DNA of 63,612 nt, filler included, from Octopus bimaculoides (taxonomy: Eukaryota): NCBI RefSeq assembly GCF_001194135.2. It is 4 parts of 4 records of this genome, joined end to end, with 100 filler letters (N's around TTAATTAATTAA, not from the genome) between each part and the next. Parts side by side here need not be neighbours in the genome. Positions count along the whole stretch, not along the records: positions 52,367 to 62,226 come from NC_068982.1; positions 62,327 to 63,612 come from NW_026364657.1; 2 more parts are not named here. One strand, 5' to 3'. This document shows, one piece after another, positions 61,873-63,612 of this stretch. The notes under the pieces were generated by a model, which searched no databases, was not told where the DNA came from, and saw only the letters and a program-made list of their open reading frames with translations. A program made the translations under genes and the position numbers. The stretch's first letter is position 1, and each line of letters begins with the position of its first letter.

Positions 61873-62226
61873 CAATTATTGCAAGATATCTGAACAATAA
61901 CGCCATCTTCAATTTCATCACCAGCATAGACAATATCATTTTCGTGAACGGAACCAGGAGTGCCATCAAGGAAAACCACACCAACGATTTTTCCAGGGTT
62001 ATAATCAAGAAGTTTCTGGATATGACAAGGGTCAACGACACAGGACTCTGGGGCTGGGGTCGATGATGATATCGTAGTTGGTGATGGTGTGATGGTTGGT
62101 GTTATTACGGAAGTTGTGGTTGATGGTGTTGACGGAGTGGTCGACGGCATTGATGCTGTGGTTGTCAGTGTTGATGCAGTGGTTGACGGTGTTGATGCAG
62201 TGGTTGACGGTGTTGATGCAGTGGTT
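61873..62226 (-). CDS. Exon of a mucin-like secreted protein: Thr/Ser/Pro repeat followed by a Cys-containing domain, 5'-truncated by the spacer
   Basis: 21-nt tandem unit encoding TASTPST, then TITPSPTTISSSTPAPESCVVDPCHIQ...GDEIEDGVIVQISCNN(TG)|gtaatc; the split TG codon would complete a CNNC motif like those in VWC/mucin modules. Confidence 0.65.
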
Positions 62227-62326
62227 NNNNNNNNNNNNNNNNNNNNNNNNNNNNNNNNNNNNNNNNNNNNTTAATTAATTAANNNNNNNNNNNNNNNNNN
62301 NNNNNNNNNNNNNNNNNNNNNNNNNN
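62227..62326. other. Artificial 100-bp spacer (44 N + TTAATTAATTAA + 44 N)
   Basis: Same layout as the other two. Confidence 0.95.
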
Positions 62327-63220
62327 ATACTAGTTTCTTTAATTTTCAGCCATTCAATCATGATTTGATTGTTTAGTTCATGTAGTTCTGTTGCGTCAAT
62401 TTCTGTATGACTTTATTCATCTATTTGATTTTCATCTGCCTTAGTGTTTATGGTTGGTTCAGAGAGTATTTCACTTTGCCTATCAGTTACCTTAACTCTT
62501 TCAATCATTACTGTATTTACATCAGCCTTGGGCTGGTATATAATTATTTCCACTGTAGTATTTTCTTTAGCTGCAGTTTCATTCTTTTTATCCCTTACTG
62601 TTTGTTTAATTTGGTCAATCTCTACTTCAGTTAGTAATTTTTTTTTCATAATGTTTCTTCTGACGTTGGCTAGTTTGTTACTGTCTATGTAGGGTCTTAC
62701 TTCAAGGTGTTTCTGTCTCCAGTTTAAGTAGGTTTGTACAGTGTTAGATTTATCTGTAGGGATATATATGGCATGGTAGAAGGCTGTAAGAACTTCTTTA
62801 TTATCTTCCCTAGACCATTTTTCATTCTTTTTCTTTTGGTTATTTGATGACGAGCATGGATGGCCATCTGTTGGAATATTCCAGTTGTTGGGTAAATCCA
62901 GCTCCTGTGTGTCGGGAAGATTTGAACCAGTAGCAGATTTCTCGACTCGGATCTGGTTCATTATCCGAGTAAGTGGTCCCTTATAATACGGTCGATGACC
63001 ATTCCGGTTTGTATTTTGTTTATTAAAAGTGAGGCATAACAAGCTTCGACGTTGACGCTAGCGGACGGATCTGTCTGTTTAGGGTAATTTTTTTGAGACA
63101 ACACCGTCTCCGAGCTCTCGTGACGTAGTTTCTTAAGACTAGCAGATCTATTTCGAGTAAGTGGCACTTTGTGATTCGGTCGACGACCAATCTCGTTTGT
63201 GATCTGCGTTGTTATCATTG
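62327..63220 (-). mobile_element. N-terminal part of an R4/Dong-like non-LTR retrotransposon ORF
   Basis: KWSREDNKEVLTAFY.A......WRQKH.......KLANVRRNIMKKKLLTEVEIDQIK resembles the N-terminal block of this clade; ORF 62413-63042 is open. Confidence 0.6.
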
Positions 63221-63436
63221 AGGCATGACGAGCGTTGGCGTTGATCTCAAATTTTAAATCAAAAACATAATTTTCTTATGGTTTCTTAAACATTCACTTG
63301 AACAAAACTGTACAAATCCAAATATATGGTACCCTAGGCATAACACCTACATGAACTTGTAACTTGTTGCATCTTGAGGTCTCTGGGTGAGACTTGGATC
63401 CAACTTGTACAAATGCAAAACAAAAGTCAAACATAA

Positions 63437-63540
<104 letters not shown>

Positions 63541-63612
63541 TAATAAATGCCCGGACACAGTGCCAGGCAGTGGCTCTCATGGCTTCTGAACTTAATTGAT
63601 TGGAAGTGTTAT

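Overview
AT-rich, microsatellite-dense, gapped animal genomic DNA. The repeat families resemble those I associate with Octopus (coleoid cephalopod); that assignment is inference, not a database result. Three artificial 100-bp spacers (44 N + TTAATTAATTAA + 44 N) split the window into four pieces (1-24444, 24545-52266, 52367-62226, 62327-63612) whose adjacency is unverified. Host genes found: (i) five minus-strand exons of the nuclear-encoded, T7-like mitochondrial RNA polymerase POLRMT (11652-22459), with an apparent 1-nt frame defect in one exon; (ii) a very large low-complexity first coding exon of an MSL1 homolog (50191-52038, +); (iii) a 5'-truncated Thr/Ser/Pro-rich mucin-like exon (61873-62226, -). 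The rest is mostly decayed transposons: Ty3/Gypsy gag with a tRNA-Leu PBS, RTE, R4/Dong-like and Hero/NeSL-like LINEs, three Penelope-like elements, Tc1, pogo/Tigger, Merlin-like, hAT-like and Helitron remnants, MITEs/foldbacks and tRNA-derived SINEs. The most interesting signal is a Penelope 3' end followed by a Pol III-type tRNA-like head and a nearly intact minimal hammerhead ribozyme (35571-35702), with further decayed hammerhead motifs elsewhere in the window. Most short ORFs in the track are spurious (microsatellites, N runs, antisense of TEs). All family assignments come from motif recognition by eye, and TE boundaries are approximate.
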